Shown here: one piece after another, positions 40,886-50,800 of the stretch
How the letters are laid out: each line of letters starts with the position of its first letter
Position numbering within the stretch: the stretch's first letter is position 1
From: an uncultured cyanobacterium
Lineage (GTDB): Bacteria; Cyanobacteriota; Cyanobacteriia; CAKZMO01
NCBI GenBank assembly: GCA_963719515.1
Contig: CAVRCJ010000003.1
Span: 160,001 to 224,000 of the forward strand
DNA: 64,000 nucleotides
Direction: 5' to 3'
Notes under the pieces: generated by a model
Told to the model about the DNA's origin: nothing
The model's input: the letters and a program-made list of their open reading frames with translations, nothing else
Database searches by the model: none
Program-made: the position numbers and the translations under genes

Positions 40886-41962
40886 TTAGCCCACGAAGCT
40901 GACAGCATCGCTGCTGAGGTTCAGGTCACCGCCATCTCTCACGACCGCCACCAGTTCAGCGCTGTCCCCTTCCGACAGGAAGATCCCAACGGTCTCGGTA
41001 CGAGACATCGACCCCAGGCGGTAGTCCTCCGCATCGCCGTGAAGCTGGATCACATCGCCAGCCGCCGCGTCAAAGTCGCGGATTACGGCGCGATCGCGGC
41101 GTCCCAGGCTGCCAGCGTCACCGTCGTTGTAGTAGGCCCCGCTCTCGTCGCCCAGTACAAAAATATCGGCGTCATCGCCGCCGCGCATGACGTCGCGCTC
41201 GCCCCGGCCCGCCGTCTCCAGGTCAACGCCGATCAGAAGATCGCTGCCTTGATTTCCCTTGAGCACGTCTGAGCCTCGACCGCCCATCAAGATGTCGTCT
41301 CCAGCTTCTCCTCTGAGAGCGTCGCTGCCTTCAAAGCCTTGAATCAGCTCATTGAGCGCTGTCCCCCGCAGGCGATCTTGACCATCGGTGCCCCTGATTA
41401 CCGTCAGTTCAGCGACAGAGGGCTGATCTAGAGGAGACTCAGGCCCAGCTTCGGGCATCGGCTCGGACGTCGGAGCTGGTGCTGGCTCGGATTTAGGCTC
41501 AGGCTTGGGCTCGGGCTTGGACTCAGACCCCGCCACATTGCTCTCAGGGTTGAGGTCGCCGCTGCCAAACACCTGCGTCCAGTAGCGCTGATAATTGACG
41601 CTGCCGGTGTCGTTTTCTAGCAGGTGGTAGCCAACACCAAGCTCGGTAAAACTCTCGTTGAGCAGGTTGGCTCGGTGCCCCGGGCTGTCGATCCAGCCCT
41701 GCACCACCTGCTCAGGGGTGCGGTAGCCCGCCGCAATATTCTCGCCCATGCTTCTGGCTTCGTAGCCGAAGGTCTCGGCCCGGTCCCAGGGCTTAGAGCC
41801 GTCCTGGCCGGTGTGGTCGAAGTAATCTTGATCTGCCATGTCTTTAGAATGGGCGGTCGCGGTGGCGTCAAGCTCGTCGTTGGCTACCAGCGGATTCAGT
41901 CCATTTTTAGCCCGAAATTCGTTTGTCAAGCGCAGAACTTCGGCAGTAAATTGAGTTTCCAT
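40886..41962 (-). CDS. CAP (SCP) domain protein with RTX-type Ca-binding repeats
   Basis: LTNEFRAKNGL, HSKDMA, GENIAAG, WIDSPGHRANLL; GGxGxD repeats; start re-called at ATG 41962. Confidence 0.88.
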   Translation of the reverse strand: METQFTAEVLRLTNEFRAKNGLNPLVANDELDATATAHSKDMADQDYFDHTGQDGSKPWDRAETFGYEARSMGENIAAGYRTPEQVVQGWIDSPGHRANLLNESFTELGVGYHLLENDTGSVNYQRYWTQVFGSGDLNPESNVAGSESKPEPKPEPKSEPAPAPTSEPMPEAGPESPLDQPSVAELTVIRGTDGQDRLRGTALNELIQGFEGSDALRGEAGDDILMGGRGSDVLKGNQGSDLLIGVDLETAGRGERDVMRGGDDADIFVLGDESGAYYNDGDAGSLGRRDRAVIRDFDAAAGDVIQLHGDAEDYRLGSMSRTETVGIFLSEGDSAELVAVVRDGGDLNLSSDAVSFVG

Positions 41963-42202
41963 AGGGGTTGTATGACTTGGTTTACCGTAGGCCGTTGCTA
42001 AACCATGGGAGGTTTTGACGGCTGTGGTAGAGCCCTGCTGCACCCTGACGGTGGGTCAGGGTGATCTTGTTATTCAACCTAGTACTCGTGGATGCGCTGC
42101 GCAGCGATCGCCTTCGCAATTGTAGTCCTTGAGACGGTTTTGTCCGGACAAGGTTCCAGAGCGCCTCGAGGCAGGGGCTTTCCCAATCTAGGCGAGTATC
42201 AT

Positions 42203-44046
42203 ATGAGAGGTCTTGTATCACCATGGGGAATGACGTCACTTTTGCTGAGACGAATTGGGCTGAGACGAATTGGGACCGCCTGCTTAGGCCTTGGGCTAGC
42301 GCTTGGGGGAGGGCACCCCGGCTTCGCCGCTGACCGGATAACCCTGACGGCAGGTCCCCTAAAAGCCTCTATTTCTCGTCGCTCTCTAGAAGCTTTTGCT
42401 GAGGGTGAGCCGCCTGCAGGCGACTTAGCTTTCGTTCTCAATTCCTTAAATAGCGAGACTCAAGACTATATCCGTAGACAGCTGCGTGACGCCACCGACG
42501 CAACGCCCACCGTCGTGCTTCAGCTGGTCAATTCGGCCATGGGGGACGACCTGCTGCGGCGCTTGGGGACGCTGATTGAGGCTAAAAGCAATGCTGAAGA
42601 CAGCGCCACCGGCGCTGCGGCGCTGCGCAAGGCGCTAACTGCGGCGGCTGAAGACCCAGCGGGCCTGTCTCCGCTGACGGTACTGCGCCACTTTCCGGGT
42701 GAGGTCCAGATTCGCGCGGCAGCGCTGCCTACCCTATTGAGCAACATTGACCAGTTCACCCGCCAAAATCAGCAGGCCGTTGAGGCTATCCAGCAGTCCC
42801 ATAGGCGATCGCTGGCATCTAGTCTGTCTAGTGGCTCAGCCGCCGTGCAGCGCCATCCAATGCCTCCAGATTTGCCCCCAGACCTGCGGCAGCCAGGAGC
42901 CTACAGCGTTCTCAAGCGAGAGCTTGCTACCCCGCCGCCACTGGGGAGTCACTGGGTGAGTCACTGGGTGAGTCACTGGGCAAGTCGCCGGGCGAGTCGC
43001 TGGGTGAGGTCGCCCAGCCGCTTCTCAGCAGTCTCTACCTTCCGCAGGCCGACCATCTCGTCCCGCTGGTGGTTGTGTCCCACCCGCTCGCCTCCACCCG
43101 CGCCAACTTTGCCTACCTGGGGGAGCAGCTGGCCTCCCACGGCATCGCGGTTGCCATTCCAGAGCATCAGGGCAGCAATACCGCCCGACTACAGGCCTTT
43201 CTGCGGGGTGAGCACCAAAATCTTATCGAAGCTGACGAATACCTCCTGCGATCGCTGGAGATTTCTGCTCTCCTTGACGCGCTTGACCAGCATCCGGATC
43301 TAGGGCAGCGACTCAGGGTAGACCAAGTTGGAGTGCTCGGAGCCTCCTTCGGGGCTACGGCGGCCCTAGCCCTGGCGGGAGCCGAAATCAATCGCGATCG
43401 CCTGGCGCAGGACTGCGAGTCTCCCAAGCTGACCCTCAACCTATCGGTCTTGCTGCAGTGCCGGGCAAACGACCTTCCCCCCGGTGACTTTCCGCTGCAG
43501 GATCCTCGGGTTCAGGCTGTGTTCGCCCTATTTCCGCTGACCAGTACCGTCTTTGGGCCAGAGGGCTTGAGCAAAGTGGAAGGACCGACGCTCTTCCTTT
43601 CCGCCAGTAGAGACCTGCTCGTCCCCGCCTTGACGGAGCAGATTCAGCCGTTTGAGGCGCTCACGGCTACGTCAGCGGATGACCGCTATTTGATGCTGCT
43701 CGACCCAGCAAATCACTATGTCTTAGAAGATCCTGCCGCAGAACAGGAGATTCCGAGCTTCTTGCTCAGCGATCGTCCCGATCCTATCGTGGCCCGGCGC
43801 TATGTGCAGGCCATGGCCGTGGCGTTCTTCAAAGCCTACCTGGACGACGCAGTGGCTGATGCCCCAGTTGACTACAGCCCCTATTTGAGGGCAAGCTACG
43901 CTCAGTCAATTCGCCAAGACGATTTGGCACTCTACGTTGCCTCAGCGCCGCAGCGAGCTCCCCATGCTGCAATAAGACCGTGGTTCTATCGTTATGCGCT
44001 CTCCTACCTAAAGCACCTCAAGATATTTGGGCAGTGCCGAAACTAG
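42203..44046 (+). pseudogene. DUF1400 + alpha/beta hydrolase, split by a 1-nt frameshift near 42943-42946
   Basis: DUF1400-like N-terminal half in one frame; hydrolase half (VVVSH, GASFG) in another. One added base in the G4 run joins them via (SLGE)n. Confidence 0.75.
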
Positions 44047-44193
44047 ACAAAGTGCGCGATTATCAGTTCTTTGACGGGAAAATCTCCATCTTTTGTTAAG
44101 ACATGCACTACCGAGCGCAAGACCATGCATTAGAATAAATGGGGTTTAAGGTGCACCAAGCTCGGGCCTAAGGTAAATGATGCACTTCGAAAA

Positions 44194-47100
44194 ATGCCTT
44201 CAGCTTTAGTGACGTCGCTTGTAGCTCTAGCGGTTAGCATCACAGAATTTTCTGGGCTGTTTTGCGCCATTCGGTTTCCAGAGCACAGTCATCCACTCTA
44301 TCTCGCTGTAGCAGCCAGAAAGCTGCTGATTTTTTCGGGCGCGCTGGGGGCTGTAGGTATAGCCTGGCGACTGGTCCGCGATCGCGCGCCGCATATTCTG
44401 CGCGGAGGGCCTAAATATCATCCGCTCTATGAGCAGGCGGCTGTGGGAATCCTGTACATTGGCGATCGCGACGAGCTGCTGAGCTACAACCAAAAGTTTT
44501 GCGATATGCTCGGCTACTCTAGGGAGGACCTGGCCGGCAAGACCATTGGCGACATAACTTATTTGCGCGACGTCGAGCAGCCCGAGCCCCTATTCTCGCG
44601 ATTTTTGGCAGGAGAAGCGGAGCTTTTGTCCGTAGAGACGCCGTATCTGTGTAAGGGCGGCTCAATCTTCTGGGGAAATGTAACAGTGTCTCTGCTGCCG
44701 GCAGGGAAGAGCCCGCCCGCTCGCCTCCTGGCCGTTGTTCAAGACATCAGCAATTGTAAGCGAGCCGAAGCCGAACGTCAGGCCGCTGAGCAACAGCTTC
44801 AGCAGCTCAAACAAGATCTAGAGAGTCGGATCACCGAGCGGACCAAAGCACTGGAGCAAAGTGAGGCCCGCTGGCAGTTTGCGCTCAATGGGGCAGGAGA
44901 TGGGATCTGGGACTGGAACGTTCAGACCAACTTCGTTTTTTTCTCACGTCAATGGAAAGCAATGCTGGGCTACAGCGAAGATGACATTGGCGATACCCTC
45001 AGTGAGTGGGATAGTCGCGTTCATCCTGACGACAAACCTCAGTGCTATGCCGATATTCAGCGGGCCTTGAGGGGCGAAACGACGAGCTACCGAAACGAGC
45101 ATCGACTTCGGTGTAAAGATGGAAGCTACAAATGGATTCTTGACCGGGGCAAGGTTATCGAATGGTGCGCCAGCGGTCAACCGCTGCGGATGATTGGCAC
45201 CCATTCGGATATCAGCGAGAGGAAGCGCCTAGAGGCCAATAGCAAAGCCGCTGAGCGGCAGATGCAGACCATTGTTGAGGCCACAGCGGCAACGACGGGA
45301 CAAGATTTTTTCTCCGCTCTGGTTCAGTACACAGCTCAGGCCCTCAACGTTCCCTACGTGGTGGTAACCGAGCGAATTGGAGACCATCTGCGGACTTTAG
45401 CCTTTTGGAGTGATGGGAGTTGCCAGTATGGCGTTGTCTATAGGATCGCCAATACGCCCTGCGAACAGGTCTTCCGAAAGGGAAAATTTTACTGTGAGCG
45501 GCAGCTGCATCAGCGATTTACCTCCGACGTCGATTTGCTTCCTGCGGATGCCGAGAGCTATCTGGGCGTTGCTCTGTGCGGCAGTGATGGCGCTGTTGTA
45601 GGTAGTCTAGTCGTTTTAGATAGGCAACCTTTGGCTGAACTACAGCGGCGCGAGGATATTCTTCGAATCTTCGCGGCCCGCGCTGTAGCGGAACTAGAGC
45701 GGCAGCGGGCAGGGCTCGCCCTAGAACGGCTCAACCAGGACTTAGAAGCCAAGGTCAAAGCGCGTACGGCGGAGCTGCAGGAGCGAGAGCAATTTTTGCA
45801 GACGGTGCTAGATACGGCTCCCCTCTGCGTTTTTTGGAAGGACCGCAATTCGGTCTATCTAGGCAGCAATCGTAGATTTTTACAAGACGTGAATTTGAGC
45901 TCGGCGGCAGAGCTTATCGGTAAGATCGACTACGACCTGCCCTGGGGGGTCAGCGAAGCAGAAGCCTATCGCACCCGCGATCGCCAAGTGGTGGACTCCG
46001 GCATTCCCCTACTGGGAGTTGAGAATCTGCGCCTGCGCTCAGACGGGAGCCAGCAGTGGCTTGAAACCAGCAAACTGCCGCTTCGAAATTTGAAGGGAGA
46101 GGTGATTGGTGTCCTGGGCACTTACCAAGACATCACCGCCCGTAAACAGGCCGAGCTAGCGCTACAGCAAAGCGAGGCTCGACTGCAGCTCATGATCAGC
46201 GACCTCAAGCTCACTCAACAGCGGATTGCTCACAACGCCCTGCACGACCCGCTCACTGGTTTGCCCAATCGGGCGCTGATTATGGAGCGGCTTGAGCAAG
46301 CGATCGCCCGCTCGCAGCAGATCGAAGGCTACCACTATGCTGTCTTGTTTATCGACCTCGACCGCTTCAAGGTAATCAACGATAGCCTAGGCCACGCCAC
46401 AGGGGACCAGCTGCTCATAGCGATCGCCAATAGATTAAGCATGGCTATTCCTGATAACGGATGCGTGGCGCGGCTAGGCGGCGATGAGTTTGTCATCCTG
46501 CTAGAGGAGATCAGAACGATTGAGGCGGTGACACAGCTAGTCAGCAGTATCCTCGCTGATGCCCAGACACCGCTAACCCTCAGTGGACAGCAGGTCTTTA
46601 CCGGCGTCAGCATTGGCGTCGTGATGGACAGGCCGACCTACCAGCAGCCCGCCGATTTAATTCGAGACGCGGATATCGCCATGTACGAGGCGAAAGCTCA
46701 GGGCGGCAACAGATACCAACTGTTCGATAGGGCGATGCATGCCTGCGTGCTCAGGCGTCTTACGCTGGAAACAGACCTGCATCGGGCGATGGAGCAGGGA
46801 GAGTTTGTGGTCCACTATCAACCGATTGTCGAGCTGGCCAACCTGCAGCCCGTTGGGTTTGAGGCCCTAGTTCGGTGGCGTCACCCCACAGGGGAGCTGA
46901 TTCTCCCCGACAAGTTTGTGCCCGCCGCAGAAGAGATGGGAATGATCACAGCGTTGGACAGCTGGACTTTTAAAGCGGCCTGTAAGCAGATGGCCTACTG
47001 GCAAAACACATTTGCCGCCACGGCCGTCTGGAGAATCAGCGTCAATCTATCGACACAGGATTTGCGCCGACCCAGCTTAGTGGCGGATATTGACGCCATT

Positions 47101-47529
47101 TTGTCTGAAACGGGTCTTGCTGCTAGCGCCGTCACCCTGGAGATTACTGAAAGTCTGCTCATTGACGATATCCACAGGACGGTGAAGATTTTAGAGCAGC
47201 TCGCCTTACGGGGGATTCGCATCAGCATTGACGATTTTGGCACCGGGTACTCGTCTTTGAGCTATTTGCACTACCTACCGATCAACTACCTAAAGATCGA
47301 TAGCTCTTTCATTGAACGGATGGAGGCCCACAACCATCAGTATCAGATCATAGACACCATCATTACCCTGAGCGATCGCCTGGGGTTGACGACTGTCGCC
47401 GAAGGTATCGAGGTCATAGAGCAGCTGCAGATTCTCCAGCGGCTCGGCTGCGAGCTGGGTCAGGGCTATTTATTTTCGGAAGCCGTCACGGCCCACGAGG
47501 TCGAGGCACGCTTTTTGAGAATTCGGTAG
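44194..47529 (+). CDS. PAS-PAS-GAF-PAS-GGDEF-EAL c-di-GMP signalling protein
   Basis: [41 protein letters not shown]. Confidence 0.95.
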   Translation: MPSALVTSLVALAVSITEFSGLFCAIRFPEHSHPLYLAVAARKLLIFSGALGAVGIAWRLVRDRAPHILRGGPKYHPLYEQAAVGILYIGDRDELLSYNQKFCDMLGYSREDLAGKTIGDITYLRDVEQPEPLFSRFLAGEAELLSVETPYLCKGGSIFWGNVTVSLLPAGKSPPARLLAVVQDISNCKRAEAERQAAEQQLQQLKQDLESRITERTKALEQSEARWQFALNGAGDGIWDWNVQTNFVFFSRQWKAMLGYSEDDIGDTLSEWDSRVHPDDKPQCYADIQRALRGETTSYRNEHRLRCKDGSYKWILDRGKVIEWCASGQPLRMIGTHSDISERKRLEANSKAAERQMQTIVEATAATTGQDFFSALVQYTAQALNVPYVVVTERIGDHLRTLAFWSDGSCQYGVVYRIANTPCEQVFRKGKFYCERQLHQRFTSDVDLLPADAESYLGVALCGSDGAVVGSLVVLDRQPLAELQRREDILRIFAARAVAELERQRAGLALERLNQDLEAKVKARTAELQEREQFLQTVLDTAPLCVFWKDRNSVYLGSNRRFLQDVNLSSAAELIGKIDYDLPWGVSEAEAYRTRDRQVVDSGIPLLGVENLRLRSDGSQQWLETSKLPLRNLKGEVIGVLGTYQDITARKQAELALQQSEARLQLMISDLKLTQQRIAHNALHDPLTGLPNRALIMERLEQAIARSQQIEGYHYAVLFIDLDRFKVINDSLGHATGDQLLIAIANRLSMAIPDNGCVARLGGDEFVILLEEIRTIEAVTQLVSSILADAQTPLTLSGQQVFTGVSIGVVMDRPTYQQPADLIRDADIAMYEAKAQGGNRYQLFDRAMHACVLRRLTLETDLHRAMEQGEFVVHYQPIVELANLQPVGFEALVRWRHPTGELILPDKFVPAAEEMGMITALDSWTFKAACKQMAYWQNTFAATAVWRISVNLSTQDLRRPSLVADIDAILSETGLAASAVTLEITESLLIDDIHRTVKILEQLALRGIRISIDDFGTGYSSLSYLHYLPINYLKIDSSFIERMEAHNHQYQIIDTIITLSDRLGLTTVAEGIEVIEQLQILQRLGCELGQGYLFSEAVTAHEVEARFLRIR

Positions 47530-47554
47530 GGACATGACGCCGCCATGTTCCTAC
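47526..47554. repeat. GTAG-type REP-like palindrome
   Basis: GTAGGGACATGacgccgcCATGTTCCTAC overlapping the stop codon. Confidence 0.6.
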
Positions 47555-47864
47555 CGCCTGACTTTTGGCCTAGCCCACAGCTCCTTTTGACGCAGACGAT
47601 GTAATAGGGCAGCAAAGTGGGTATGTTTCCCTATGACGGTCTGCATCAGGCTACCCATTCTTGTTGGTCTTCTCTCAGTAAGTCTCCTGAGTAAAGCTTT
47701 TCGCCAGTGGGACGAAAATCTAAACGAAATCTAAACAGACGACTATTGCAGCACCCCTTAAGCTAGTGCTGGCGGCGATCGCCAGTAGCTTGAGAATTGA
47801 TGCGGCGTTCACAATCGGCTTTATTCACACAGCGACGGTTATCCAGCGACATAAGGGCTCTACC

Positions 47865-50800
47865 ATGACTATCAACTTAGGCGTACTTGGAACTTACGCA
47901 ACGGGAATATTTGACGGCGGGGCCGCACAGGTCTCGGCTTATGAACCGGTGTCGCAGCGGCTGTTCGTCGTCAACGGCAGCACGTCAGCTATCGATGTGA
48001 TTAGCCTGAGCGACCCCACCACCCCCTCCTTGCTATTTTCCGTTGATGTCGCCTCATTTGGAACCCAGCCCAACAGCATTTCGGTGAGCAGTACTGGCGT
48101 TATCGCTGTCGCCCTTGACGGTCTCGATCCCCAACAGGCTGGTACGGTCGTCTTTTTGGATAATTTGGGAACCGTTTTGGGAACGGCCCCGGTGGGAGCA
48201 ACGCCTAAGGCGCTTGCCTTTACCCCCGACGGCAGTCGCCTATTAGTTGCCAACGCCGGAGAGCCCAACGAAGGCTATACCGTTGACCCCGGAGGCTCCA
48301 TCGGTATTATCGATCTCACCGCTGGCCTGGCGGCTCCGCCTGTCGCCTTTGCAGGCTTTGGAGCGTTTGATGCGCAGCGAGAGGCGCTGATCGCCGCTGG
48401 GGTACGAATTTTTGGGCCGGCAGCTTCGGTGGCGCAAGATCTAGAGCCGGAGTCCATCACCCTGTCTGAGGATTCTTTGACGGCGTATATTACCCTGCAG
48501 GAAAACAACGCGATCGCCGTTCTAGACCTTACCACCGCCACCATCACCGACATCCTGCCTCTGGGCACCCAGGACCACAGCCTCTTGGGCAACGAGCTTG
48601 ACCCGAGCGACCTTGATGGCGGTATCAACATCGCCACGGCTCCTATTCAAGGCCTGTATCAGCCCGGTGCGATCGCCTCCTACCTAGTGGGCGGGGAAAC
48701 GTTTCTGGTGCTGGCCAACGAAGGCGCAAGCCGCGTCTCCCTGGGCTTCAACGAGGCGGCGATCGTAGCGGATCTGGCGCTGGACCCTGTCGCGTTTCCC
48801 CCCGCTCCAGTGCCGCCGGTTGTGGTGCCGACTGTACCGCCCGCGGTACCGCCAGTGGCCACTCCTCCCGTCGCCCTACCGCCCGTCACGCCGCCGCCCG
48901 TCACACCGCCACCAGTGGCCACTCCTCCCGTCGCCCTACCACCAGTCACACCGCCGCCCGTCACACCGCCACCAGTCGCCCCGCCCGCGGGCACCGTCAG
49001 CGCTCAGCAGGTCGCCGCCAACCTGGACAACCTCACCGTATCGACCGTGAACGCTGACCTAGACGGGGATGGCGACGTCGATCAGCTGCTGACGTTTGGC
49101 GCGCGCTCTTTCTCGATTCGCGACGCGGCGGGCAACGTGGTCTACGACAGCGGCGCGGACTTTGAGCAGATTACGGCAGCGGCGTTTCCGCAGTTCTTTA
49201 ACTCAGACAGCAACAGCAACACCTTTGATACCCGCAGCGACGACAGCGGACCCGAGCCTAGCGCTGTCGCGGTAGGGCAGGTGGGCGATCGCACCTATGC
49301 TTTCACGACCCTAGAGGGTATCGGCGGCGTCATCACGTACGATATCACCGACCCTCTTGACGTTAGTTTCGTCGAGTACATTAACAATCGCGACTTTAGC
49401 GGCGTTCCGGAGCTGGGCACTGCCGGTGACTTAGGCCCAGAAGGGGTGACGTTCATTGCGGCGGAGGACAGCCCCACCGGAGGCGCACTGCTAGCCGTAC
49501 CCAACGCCGTCAGCGGGACGACGACGGTCTACGGCCTCTTTACCCCAGTGGACGAGTCCACTGAAATCGTGATCAACGAAATTCGGACCGACCAGCCCAG
49601 TACGGACACAGATCAATACTTTGAGCTACTGGGCACGGCCAATACTTCCCTAGAAGGGCTCACTTACCTTGTGATTGGCGATGGCCTGATTGATACTGAC
49701 GGCGACGGCATCGCTGACACCGATGGTGGCAGCGGCGTCATTGAGGCCGTTGTTGATTTGAGTGCGGGGGCGCTGAACGGAGAGGGGCTGTTTGTTGCCG
49801 CCGAGAATACGTTTACCCTCGGGCGGGCAGACCTAATCACCTCCCTCAATTTTGAGACGGGAGATAACGTAACTCACCTGCTCGTCCAAAACTTTACGGG
49901 CGGCCTCAGCGAAGATTTGGATATTGACGATGACGGCATCCTTGATGCGACGCCCTGGACACGGGTTTTTGACTCAGTGGCGCTTGTACAGTCGCTGACC
50001 ATTGGAGAGAAAGTCTACAGCGAGACAATTGTCGGGCCGGAGGCTGGACGATTTGCGCCCGGTCACGTTTTCCGGCTTCCGGTGGAGGAGCCTGAGGTGC
50101 CGGTCGGCGAAGTGCCAGTACCAGGTGGCGAAGTGCCAGTACCAGTTGTTGAAGTGCCAGCACCCGGGATCGAAGTGCCAGTGCCGGGCGGTGAAATGCT
50201 AGCCTCAGCTGTTGAAGTGCCAGCCCCAGCTGTTGAAGTGCCAGTACCGGGTGGCGAGGTGCCAGCCCCAGCTGTTGAAGTGCCTGATGGTGGGCTACGC
50301 CTCAGCGCCGGTGAATTTCAGATTGGGAGCTTCAACCCCCTCCTAGGAACAGATACGCCTGGCCGACCCAACGACGAGATGGCGCTGCTCCTTCCTATTT
50401 ATGAAATTCAGGGGGCGGGTCATACCTCTGCATTCGAAGGCCAAATCGTAATCACCACCGGCATCATTACGGGTATTGCCGCCAATGGGTTCTTCCTCCA
50501 GGACGCGATTGGCGATGGCAATATCGCCACCTCTGATGGCCTATTTGTCTTTACAGGCGAAGGCCTGCTCAACTTACTGGTGGGCGACGAGGTCACCGTC
50601 CAGGGTACGGTGAGTGAATTTATCCCCGACGGCATCGAGTCAGGCAATCTATCGACAACGCAGCTGATCAGTCAGAGGATAACCCGCCTTTCTGGCGGCA
50701 ATCCTCTACCGGCGGCGGTGCTCATTGGCGAAGGAGGGCGCATTCTGCCCACTGAGATCATTGACAATGACCCAGTTATCGAGGAGCCGGTCACTGAAGG

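Noticed and set aside
48680..48994. Gly-rich antisense ORFs here and at 50672-51215 and 57744-58071
   Set aside because: Shadows of Pro-rich repeats in the real genes on the opposite strand
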